Position numbers and translations under genes: made by a program. Under the pieces are notes generated by a model, which ran no database searches, was not told where the DNA came from, and saw only the letters and a list, made by a program, of their open reading frames with translations. A stretch of 29,972 bases of DNA from a virus (lineage: Duplodnaviria > Caudoviricetes): the IMG/VR virus record IMGVR_UViG_3300003277_000033, positions 1 through 29,972 of that record; one strand, 5' to 3'. Every line of letters starts with the position of its first letter. Within the stretch, counting starts at the first letter, position 1. Positions 17,722 through 26,307 of the stretch are shown here, in pieces.

Positions 17722-20700
17722 ATGTTTGAATATCTACTCCCTGATGGGACCGCGTTGCCAGAGAACGAAGTAATAAAACTGGCTAAAGATTCTTTTACTG
17801 ATATTAATACTTATATTAAGAAAAATAAACTTACTTTAAGACCTAAGCAAAAGAAAGTCGAGGCTAAAAAAGAAGTTGTAAAACCAGTAGTTGTTGAAAA
17901 GCCAGTTGCCGCTGAAAAGCCAATAGTTGAAAAAGTTAAACCTGCTCCTATTGAAAAATTTAATGCAAAGCAATTTGCAAAAGATTTAGGGGCTTCTAAA
18001 GGTGAAGGATTTTATACTAAAGGAGAAAGGAATATTGAAAAAAGCGGTATAAAAATAAAACAATTAGAAGATAAAACAGTACAAGATGTATTTGATAATT
18101 TTAGCGATTTATCATATACTAATTTATCTCCAGAAGAAAAAAATACTATAGACGACAGGTCTGTTGAATTATTATCTAAAAAATATAAAGTAGGCGAAGA
18201 TTATAGTTTATCTAGTAATGACATAGAATTAAAATCAAAGGAATTATTAGCTTTAGCATCGAAAAAAAAGAAAGCAATTGAAGGGGAAACTTATGGCGAA
18301 AGGATATTAGATGCTACGGCGGCTGGGCTTAATTATGCCGGCGAAATGTTTGCTTCAATGCCTGAAACTATATATCGCGTTTTTGCATTGCCCCAAAATG
18401 CTATAAGCATGATGACCGGAAATAAAGAGCTAGAAGCAAGTCCTGAAAAACTAAAAGCCGATACAGGTATTACTAATCCAATAATGGATTATTTTATTGA
18501 TGAAAGAAATAGACTCGGTAAAAAGAATGAAATATATGACAATGCCAATTACGATTCTACTAGCATTGCCACAAATCTACAAGATGGAAATTATACTGAC
18601 GCTTTTAAGTTACTAGGCTCAGGCTTAGCTGAGAGCGCTCCTATTAGCGTTGGGCTTATGATGGGTGGGGCGGAAATGGGTATTGCCAAAGCAGCAGCAT
18701 CTAGCACAGCGTTATTCGCAGGTCCTAATGTAAGAGAACAAAAAGAAAAAAAATTAGACGACTCCGAATTAAGTACAGTATTAAAAGGATTTGGTATTGC
18801 TGGAGCAGAAGGCGTTTTTAGTGCCATAGGCGAAGGAAGTCTTGGTAAAGTATATAAAGATATAATTAAAAGAGAAGGAGCCGACGTAGGATCAAAAATA
18901 TTCAAGGACGGTCTTGTTGTTGCTTATCAAACAGCTTTAAAAAAATACGGCGCTCCTGCCGCAATGCTTGGAGAAGGATTAGAGGAAGTGGCTACTACTG
19001 TAACCCAAAACTTAATTAATGAAAAGCCAGCTTTTGAAGGGGCAATGGATTCCTTTATTGCAGGCGTTGGAGGCGGCGCTGTTTGGGGTGCTCCTGTTAA
19101 TATAGCCAAAGCTACACAAGGTTTTAAAGACGGTGTTACTGTTCATCAAATAAATAAAACTTTAAAAGATCAACCAGTTAAAACAATAAAAGATGTATTT
19201 AATCCGAATACGCCTATTACAAATGCTCAAGTAAATATATCATTAATACCTAATTCATATAAAATACTAAATAGTCAATTAGATATTGCCCAAAATACTG
19301 ATGAGATTACCGGAGAAGAAGCCGATGCCATAAGAAAAGAGTTTGCCGGAACGTATTACGCTGCAAATAAATTAAAAGAATTAAAACTAAACGAAGATAA
19401 TAATACTAAAATTGCTAATTTATTAAAAGAAAGAGGAGCACTTAAAGCAAAAGTAGACGCTGTTAATGATCCAACCCTAACTACAATACAATCTAATAGA
19501 ATAAAAGAACTAAACGTAGAAATAGAAGGTGTTATTAAGGATAATGCAAAGACTGAAATTGAGAAAGGTATTGCTCTATCTGAAAAAAGTATATTAGAAA
19601 CTGGTGAAAAAGTTTATGAAAAACCATTAGGAACAGGTAAAAGTTTTGAAGTATTTGACACGGCAGAAGAAGCTCAAGGCGCTTATGATAAATGGGCAGA
19701 AGAAAACGGTAAAAAATCTGAAGATATAAGAGAATCTGATGGATTCAAATTGCCAAATGGGCAAATGTTAATAAATAAAGAAAGAGCTATTGAAGTAACT
19801 GCTTTAAATGTTGCCCCTCACGAATTGCTGCATAATATCATTGATAACGAATTTACTGAACCGTCTAAAGCTGAGGAGTTAAAAAACAAATTCTTAGGCA
19901 CATTAAGTAAAGCGGAAAGAGAAAAATTAGATATAAGGATATTAGCAGAAGACAGCAAAGGAAATAGACTTTATGATGATGAGTATTTAAAAAATTCACC
20001 AGGTGAATATGCCACTCAATTTTTTGAGTTAGTAAGAAATGGCGATATTAAATGGAGTGATAATGTAAAAGAATCTTTAATAAGAATGTGGAAAGGCATA
20101 TTTAAACCTATATTTGAAAAGTACGGTTATAAAAATATTGAATTTACAGATGGTAGAGATATTTATAATTTTATTAAAGATTATTCAAAATCAATAGAAA
20201 AAGGAACTTTATCCACAAGAGCAAAGAAACTTTTAAAACAAGGAGAAGGAGTTTCTGGTGTAACATCTTTTTCAAAATCAGCAGATTTAAAAGTTGAATT
20301 AGAAAAGTTATTAGGAAAAGAAGATGACTTTGATGATCCGCAAGAATTCGATGATTTAGTTGCCAACTTAGAATTTAAAATAAAGTCAGCAATTAGAGCG
20401 GAAGAAAAAGCTCCCGTTACAGAAGCAAAAACTGAAAAACCTAAAACAATAGTCACTGAAGAAGAGATTGTTAAAGAAATTATTAAAAACGAAAAGGGAA
20501 CTATATCTTCTGACAAAGTTCAACAAATATACAGCGCTAAAGGAAAAGAAGGAGCAGATGAAATAATAAAATTGTTTAAGCCTATAACCGCAAAAATAGT
20601 AGATAAACGTAGAGATGCGCCTGGATTTGACAAAGAATTACTCACCGATGAAATAGAAAGCGGGAAAGGTGGCATATTAGATTTAATAATGAAATATGAT

Positions 20701-23700
20701 CCTAATAGTGGAGTTCCATTAGCGGCTTATATTAATAAATATTTGCCAGTTAGAGCAATTACATCGTCTAGAAGGGTATTAGAATCCAATTTTACTAGTG
20801 ATGTTGAAGCAGAAGTTAATGTAAGAGCTACAGAAACTGCTGATCAAGGAATGACAGTTAATGCTCCTGAAAAACCTAAATATAAAAATGCTTTAGAGTC
20901 AAATATTCTTGAACCTAAAGTTTTAGAAAATGTTACTAATAAAATTATAAGCACTGTTCGATTATTAAAAAGCCGCATAGATGCTCCTGTTACATTAAAT
21001 AGAACTGTAACTCCGCTTATTGCAGAGATACGTGACGAAATTGGAAAACAGTTGGACATTGATATAAAAACAATGTTAGGTGGCAAGAAAGACGGTGCGC
21101 TTAGAAAAGAACTTTTAAAAGCTAAGCGTTATATTCTAGAGAATATGACTACTACTTGGTTAATGGGTAAAGATGGACAAGGTGGTATACCGCAAGCAAT
21201 ACAAAAACGTATTGACGGACAGTGGGTTAGTTTTCCTAATTGGGCAGGACAAAAAATAGATCGTGAAGCAATGTCTACTGATTTAGCAGGAAGAACTTCT
21301 GGTGCCGAATTAGTTAGAAGATTGCCTAATGTATTCAATAACGTTTCTAATGAAGAATTTTTAGCGCAAATAATTGGACCAGATGGTAATCCTATTAGGG
21401 GTAGAAAAGAATCTATTTCTAAGGCTATGGCTGAAGAAGTAGCCTTTGACATTACGAAACGTGACTTGGAAGAAGAAGGTCCAATATATGACGCTTTAAA
21501 AGCTAATCAAGAGCGTTTAGGTGTTGAGATTCTAGAAAATTTACCAGTTGTATTTGCTAAACAAGCGGATAGAGGTAATATAAAGCTCTCTAAAAGCGTA
21601 GTAAAAGGTATTAATATTTCAACAACTAAACTAGCTGAAGATATATTTAATGCTCCAGATTTGCAGTCAGAAATAAAAGTTATTAATAATTGGATAGCTA
21701 GCGACGGAAGGTCAATAAGAACATTGGCTTATACTTTATTTGGAAAAGACGATGGGCGAGCTACTAATTTAGGGTTATTTAAACAAATCATTGCTCCAAT
21801 AATAAAAGTTAATTCTAAATTTGAAGGTCTATTAACAAAAGATGCTTACAATATTAAACAAGGAGCAAGAGGTTATTCGATATATTTAGGGGAAGATAAA
21901 ATACCATTATGGAAAGATACTGAATCTATAAAAAAGGATTGGAAAAATAATATTGGTGTAATAAATTCAGAAGCGATAGAGGCTACAAATAGATTAGTTG
22001 ATATAGTAGACTCTTTTAAAAAGGGTAAAAAGACAGAGGACGATTTAAGGTCTTATTTTGCTGTATTGAAATTTGATCAAAGAGGATTGGCTCGTAAAGT
22101 ATCAAAAGCCGGATTAGGTGTATTAGGGCTAAAAGCAAACCAAAAACCATATTTGGAACATAATGCTCCAAACTATGATATTATGGAGAAATTTGTTGAT
22201 TACTTTAATAAAAAAATTACTGAAAAACAATTAAGAAAATTTGTTGAAAATTCAAAAGTAAATTTAGTACCTGTTGAACTAAATAATTTTTTACCTGCGT
22301 ATAAAGAAGGCATGAATAGAATGCATGCTCCAAAGGTTGTTTTATATCTTCAGGGATTAATAGATAAAGGCCATACTATATTAAACTTAGAAAACGAGTA
22401 TGGATCAAAAAGAAAATTTAATGCTTTAGTAAATTTAGCAAAATCAAATGTAAACTCAGACGCTAATATAAATAATGCTAATAATATAAATGCAGTTGCT
22501 AATTCTCCAACTTTTTCAAAAACACCTAAAGGAATATCTGTTTTTGATTTTGATGATACTGTAGGATTAACAAAGGGTAGTGTGCTATACACAATGCCTG
22601 GTGATCTAATGGTTTACCATGGTGCACCAAAAGGTAAAGACGTAACTAAGATTAGCGATAAAGGGGTTAAGTTCTTTGCTACTGATAAGCGTGAAGCTGA
22701 TGAGTATGCTCGTATGAACTCAGGTGTTACTCAAGAGTTTTTAATAAATGAGTCTGACTTAGTAAATGAAGATGCTATTATTGAAAAAATTAATGAACTA
22801 GGATTAAAGCCAAAGAATAAAGAATTTGAGGCAGAAGATGCTTCTTTCTATGAATTAATAGATACTAGATTTGAAGAGTCGCTAAGTAAAGCGGATATAA
22901 CAAAACTATTTAACGCTCTCAAGAAAGACGGAATAAAAGCAATAAGTTATAGTGATGGAGCACAGGTAAGTGGCAGATCTACAACCAGTATTGCTGTAAT
23001 TGATCCGTCTATAATAGCTACTCCTAAAAAACTTAATGCAGAAGAGTTTGCTAAAAATGGATCAAAATTATTAGAGGATGGAGCTGTCTTTGATTTCTCT
23101 GAATTTAGTAAAGTTGTTGATGGCAAGCCAGGACCAATGGTTCAGAAAATGAAAAAGATGATTGACAAGTTTGGACCTAAAAACTTCTTTATTCTTACGG
23201 CTAGACCGGCAGATGCAGCGGGACCAATACATGAGTTCTTGAAGTCAATAGATATCAATATACCATTAGAAAATATAACAGGATTAGGCAACAGTACAGC
23301 TCAAGCAAAGGCTGATTGGATGGTGGGTAAAGCTGCAGAAGGATATAATGATTTTTATTTTGCAGATGATGCGCCGCAAAATGTTGAAGCTGTTAAGAAA
23401 GCATTAGAAGTTCCCGGTATAACTTCAAAAGTACAACAAGCTAAACTTAAATTTTCATTAACAACTAAACAAGTTCTTAAATGGGAACTTGATGAAGACG
23501 GCCACAATGCTTTATTTACTGTTGGAGGAAGAAGATATTATATATCGCTTATAGACACAGGGGCGGTGTCTTACGACGATAAAACCTTAAGTACTCTATA
23601 TGAAATAGCAGAAAAAAACGATTTAGATACAGACGAAATATTGGTCGCTAAAGACGGATCAAGCTTAAATTTAGAATTCTTAGATAGGAATAAAGGCCAA

Positions 23701-26205
23701 GGCATAACCGATAAAGGTAACGCGTTCAAAGTAATTAGTATAGTCGCGAACGGCATGATGGATCGTATTAAAGACAAAGGCATAGAAACCTTAGTTTTTA
23801 CAGCAAAAGAGCCAAGCCGCATAAAACTTTACAACGCTTTGTCTACCTCGTTTTCTGCTAAATTAGGATGGGACGCTTACTTTAAAGACGGGGTTTATGT
23901 AATTACAAAAAATAAAGATGGCATAGGCGCCGATACCGGTATTGGTAGTTTGAAAGAAGTAAGAGGTGTTTTGAATGTTGTAGATATTAAATCACCAATA
24001 AACCAAGCAAAAATTAAATTTAGTAAAACTTTAAATTCTAGATTTAATGATATACTACAAGAGAATGTAGGATTAGATCCTAATGAAAATTTCTCTGATA
24101 TATTAGCTAAAAGAAAAGGTACTGCTATTGGTAAATATAGATTTTTTGTTCCTCCATCCGCAGCCGACTTTGAATTACTTTTGTATGACTTCTTAGGAAG
24201 AGGAAAGGTTGGCGAAAGACAGTACAAGTTTTTTACTAAAGCATTATTAGAACCGTACTCAAATGGTATTGCGCTAATAGATGCAGCTAAGCAGTCAATT
24301 AAGAATGATTATACGGCTTTAAAAAAAGCTTTTCCAGATGTAAATAAAAATTTAGGCAAACTAACGCCTGATGGTAACTTTACTTATGACCAAGCTATAA
24401 GGGTTTCTATGTGGAACTCTATGGGAGCCGAAATACCTGGACTAGATCAAACTGACATTACCGCAATGGTTAATTTTGTAAATAACGATGCATCCTTATC
24501 CGCTTACAAAGCCGGGTTAATAGCTACCGGCCGTCAAGGCACTGGATGGATAGAACCTACAGAATACTGGGATGCTGAAACTATAATTTCTGATTTACAT
24601 AACATAACAGAAAAATTAGGTAGAAAAAAATACTTAGCTGAATTTATAGATAATTCAAAAGAAATATTTACGCCTGAGAATCTAAATAGAATTGAAGTAG
24701 TATATGGATCTAACTTTAGAGAAGCTTTGGAAGATTCTATTTATAGCATGTCTAATGGAACAAATAGGGAAGGTGGTCCCGGTAGAATAAACGCCGCATG
24801 GTTAAATTGGATTAATAATTCTACAGGAGCTATAATGTTTTGGAATACTAGATCAGCTGTACTGCAAACCGTTGGGGCTATTAACTATTTAAACTGGAGG
24901 GATAATAATCCTTTAAATGCAGCTAAAGCATTTGCAAACCAACCACAATACTGGAAAGACTTTTCTTATATCTGGAATTCAGATAAAATGAAGGAAAGAA
25001 GATCTGGCTTGAAAGAAGACGTTAGTTCCGCCGAAATAGCTAACGCCGCCGCAGGTAGTAAAAATAAAGCTAATGCTGTAATATCTTATTTATTGAAAAA
25101 AGGATTTTTACCAACACAAATTGGTGACAGTTTTGCTATTGCCTCAGGCGGAGCTGCATTTTATAGAAACCGTATTGATTATAATTTAAAGCAAGGAATG
25201 TCTGAAGCAGAAGCTGAGTCTAATGCTTGGAAAGAATTTTTAAAAGTAACAGATCAAACGCAACAATCTGGAGACCCAAGAGACGTGTCGCAACAACAAA
25301 GAAGCGCAGCAGGTAGATTAGTATTAGCATTTCAGAATACATCAATGCAGCAAGCTAGACTTGTTAAGAAAGCAGGGTTAGATCTTATAAATAATAGAGG
25401 CGATGCAAAAACGAATATATCTAAGATCGTATATTATACAGCGGTTCAAAACATTATTTTTGGAAGTTTGCAAAGTGCTTTATTTGCTACAATTTTTAGC
25501 AGTGACAGTGACGAAGAGAAAGAAAAAAAGAAACAAACCGTCGAAGATAAATGGCTTGACATTGGTAATAACATTGTTGATACTATACTGCGTGGTTCTG
25601 GCATGGCTGGTGCTATTGTAGCGACTCTTAAGAATACTTATTTAAAATATAATGAGGAACATGAAAAAGGTTTTAAAGGCGACTATGCTAAAGTAATAAC
25701 TGAAGCCGCTAATATTGCGCCGCCATTAGGATCTAAGTTTACTAAAATGATGGGAGCAATGAAAACTGGAGATATTGAAAAAGATGTTATTGCTAAAAGG
25801 GGTTGGGGCATTACACAAGGAGGTAGGTTGGATTTAAGTCCGTCTTATTCTGTATTAGGACAGGGGGTTGAGGCCGTTACTAACTTGCCTATGAACAGGT
25901 TTGTTACAAAGGTTGGCAACCTGAGTGAAGCAATGGATAGTAGAAACAAATCCTGGCAACGTATTGCATTAGCAATCGGATACAGCCCCTATATTGTTGG
26001 AGCAAAGAATGAAGAAAGCGATATTATAAAAGCAGAGGCAAAAATTCAAAGGAAGATTGAAGGTAAAGAAAAAGCAATAGAAACTAGAAGGAAAAACAAA
26101 GAAGAGCTAAGGAATATGCCTGCTAGCGAAAGACGCGCTTTAAGAGAAAAGAAACGTGAAGAAAAAAGAAAACTTAGAGAAAGAAAAAGGAACATGTATA
26201 AATAG
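17722..26205 (+). CDS. Giant polyvalent ejection/internal virion protein (2827 aa): zincin, sigma-region-2-like, HAD phosphatase with nested ART-like domain, GNAT-like, helical C-terminus
   Basis: HELLH at 19819-19833; KYDPNSGVPLAAYINKY near 20692-20742; HAD motifs DFDDT (22546), ILTAR (23191), K (23308), FADDA (23359); ART-like VYHG..FFAT..A..YA..DGI..AVIDP (22606-23016). It is the last gene of the virion operon. Confidence 0.8.
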   Translation: MFEYLLPDGTALPENEVIKLAKDSFTDINTYIKKNKLTLRPKQKKVEAKKEVVKPVVVEKPVAAEKPIVEKVKPAPIEKFNAKQFAKDLGASKGEGFYTKGERNIEKSGIKIKQLEDKTVQDVFDNFSDLSYTNLSPEEKNTIDDRSVELLSKKYKVGEDYSLSSNDIELKSKELLALASKKKKAIEGETYGERILDATAAGLNYAGEMFASMPETIYRVFALPQNAISMMTGNKELEASPEKLKADTGITNPIMDYFIDERNRLGKKNEIYDNANYDSTSIATNLQDGNYTDAFKLLGSGLAESAPISVGLMMGGAEMGIAKAAASSTALFAGPNVREQKEKKLDDSELSTVLKGFGIAGAEGVFSAIGEGSLGKVYKDIIKREGADVGSKIFKDGLVVAYQTALKKYGAPAAMLGEGLEEVATTVTQNLINEKPAFEGAMDSFIAGVGGGAVWGAPVNIAKATQGFKDGVTVHQINKTLKDQPVKTIKDVFNPNTPITNAQVNISLIPNSYKILNSQLDIAQNTDEITGEEADAIRKEFAGTYYAANKLKELKLNEDNNTKIANLLKERGALKAKVDAVNDPTLTTIQSNRIKELNVEIEGVIKDNAKTEIEKGIALSEKSILETGEKVYEKPLGTGKSFEVFDTAEEAQGAYDKWAEENGKKSEDIRESDGFKLPNGQMLINKERAIEVTALNVAPHELLHNIIDNEFTEPSKAEELKNKFLGTLSKAEREKLDIRILAEDSKGNRLYDDEYLKNSPGEYATQFFELVRNGDIKWSDNVKESLIRMWKGIFKPIFEKYGYKNIEFTDGRDIYNFIKDYSKSIEKGTLSTRAKKLLKQGEGVSGVTSFSKSADLKVELEKLLGKEDDFDDPQEFDDLVANLEFKIKSAIRAEEKAPVTEAKTEKPKTIVTEEEIVKEIIKNEKGTISSDKVQQIYSAKGKEGADEIIKLFKPITAKIVDKRRDAPGFDKELLTDEIESGKGGILDLIMKYDPNSGVPLAAYINKYLPVRAITSSRRVLESNFTSDVEAEVNVRATETADQGMTVNAPEKPKYKNALESNILEPKVLENVTNKIISTVRLLKSRIDAPVTLNRTVTPLIAEIRDEIGKQLDIDIKTMLGGKKDGALRKELLKAKRYILENMTTTWLMGKDGQGGIPQAIQKRIDGQWVSFPNWAGQKIDREAMSTDLAGRTSGAELVRRLPNVFNNVSNEEFLAQIIGPDGNPIRGRKESISKAMAEEVAFDITKRDLEEEGPIYDALKANQERLGVEILENLPVVFAKQADRGNIKLSKSVVKGINISTTKLAEDIFNAPDLQSEIKVINNWIASDGRSIRTLAYTLFGKDDGRATNLGLFKQIIAPIIKVNSKFEGLLTKDAYNIKQGARGYSIYLGEDKIPLWKDTESIKKDWKNNIGVINSEAIEATNRLVDIVDSFKKGKKTEDDLRSYFAVLKFDQRGLARKVSKAGLGVLGLKANQKPYLEHNAPNYDIMEKFVDYFNKKITEKQLRKFVENSKVNLVPVELNNFLPAYKEGMNRMHAPKVVLYLQGLIDKGHTILNLENEYGSKRKFNALVNLAKSNVNSDANINNANNINAVANSPTFSKTPKGISVFDFDDTVGLTKGSVLYTMPGDLMVYHGAPKGKDVTKISDKGVKFFATDKREADEYARMNSGVTQEFLINESDLVNEDAIIEKINELGLKPKNKEFEAEDASFYELIDTRFEESLSKADITKLFNALKKDGIKAISYSDGAQVSGRSTTSIAVIDPSIIATPKKLNAEEFAKNGSKLLEDGAVFDFSEFSKVVDGKPGPMVQKMKKMIDKFGPKNFFILTARPADAAGPIHEFLKSIDINIPLENITGLGNSTAQAKADWMVGKAAEGYNDFYFADDAPQNVEAVKKALEVPGITSKVQQAKLKFSLTTKQVLKWELDEDGHNALFTVGGRRYYISLIDTGAVSYDDKTLSTLYEIAEKNDLDTDEILVAKDGSSLNLEFLDRNKGQGITDKGNAFKVISIVANGMMDRIKDKGIETLVFTAKEPSRIKLYNALSTSFSAKLGWDAYFKDGVYVITKNKDGIGADTGIGSLKEVRGVLNVVDIKSPINQAKIKFSKTLNSRFNDILQENVGLDPNENFSDILAKRKGTAIGKYRFFVPPSAADFELLLYDFLGRGKVGERQYKFFTKALLEPYSNGIALIDAAKQSIKNDYTALKKAFPDVNKNLGKLTPDGNFTYDQAIRVSMWNSMGAEIPGLDQTDITAMVNFVNNDASLSAYKAGLIATGRQGTGWIEPTEYWDAETIISDLHNITEKLGRKKYLAEFIDNSKEIFTPENLNRIEVVYGSNFREALEDSIYSMSNGTNREGGPGRINAAWLNWINNSTGAIMFWNTRSAVLQTVGAINYLNWRDNNPLNAAKAFANQPQYWKDFSYIWNSDKMKERRSGLKEDVSSAEIANAAAGSKNKANAVISYLLKKGFLPTQIGDSFAIASGGAAFYRNRIDYNLKQGMSEAEAESNAWKEFLKVTDQTQQSGDPRDVSQQQRSAAGRLVLAFQNTSMQQARLVKKAGLDLINNRGDAKTNISKIVYYTAVQNIIFGSLQSALFATIFSSDSDEEKEKKKQTVEDKWLDIGNNIVDTILRGSGMAGAIVATLKNTYLKYNEEHEKGFKGDYAKVITEAANIAPPLGSKFTKMMGAMKTGDIEKDVIAKRGWGITQGGRLDLSPSYSVLGQGVEAVTNLPMNRFVTKVGNLSEAMDSRNKSWQRIALAIGYSPYIVGAKNEESDIIKAEAKIQRKIEGKEKAIETRRKNKEELRNMPASERRALREKKREEKRKLRERKRNMYK

Positions 26206-26225
26206 GCACCATACCTAACGTTCCA

Positions 26226-26270
26226 AAATAAGAAAGGGGACCTCGTAATGAGAATCCCCTTTTTTTATTT
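26226..26270. terminator. Bidirectional intrinsic terminator between the convergent virion and RNR blocks
   Basis: AAATAAGAAAGGGGA-C-CTC-GTAAT-GAG-AA-TCCCCTTTTTTTATTT: a GC-rich stem with a T-run on the + side and an A-rich run on the other side. Confidence 0.85.
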
Positions 26271-26307
26271 ATGTTCATTATTTATAAGTGTTCATTGTCA
26301 ATGAACG

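Noticed and set aside
17860-17960. PVVVEKPVAAEKPIVEK repeats near the N-terminus of the giant protein
   Set aside because: This is an ordinary low-complexity flexible linker.
865-24227. Numerous 60-140-aa minus-strand ORFs within the structural genes, plus short out-of-frame plus-strand ORFs
   Set aside because: They are shadow ORFs of long coding genes, with Ser/Leu/Phe-rich antisense composition and no recognisable motifs or leaders.
17722-26205. Giant protein as a crAss-like virion RNA polymerase
   Set aside because: I found no DxDxD/DFDID catalytic motif. DFDDT is followed by HAD motifs II-IV, and EDDFDD (near 20320) lies in an acidic helical linker.
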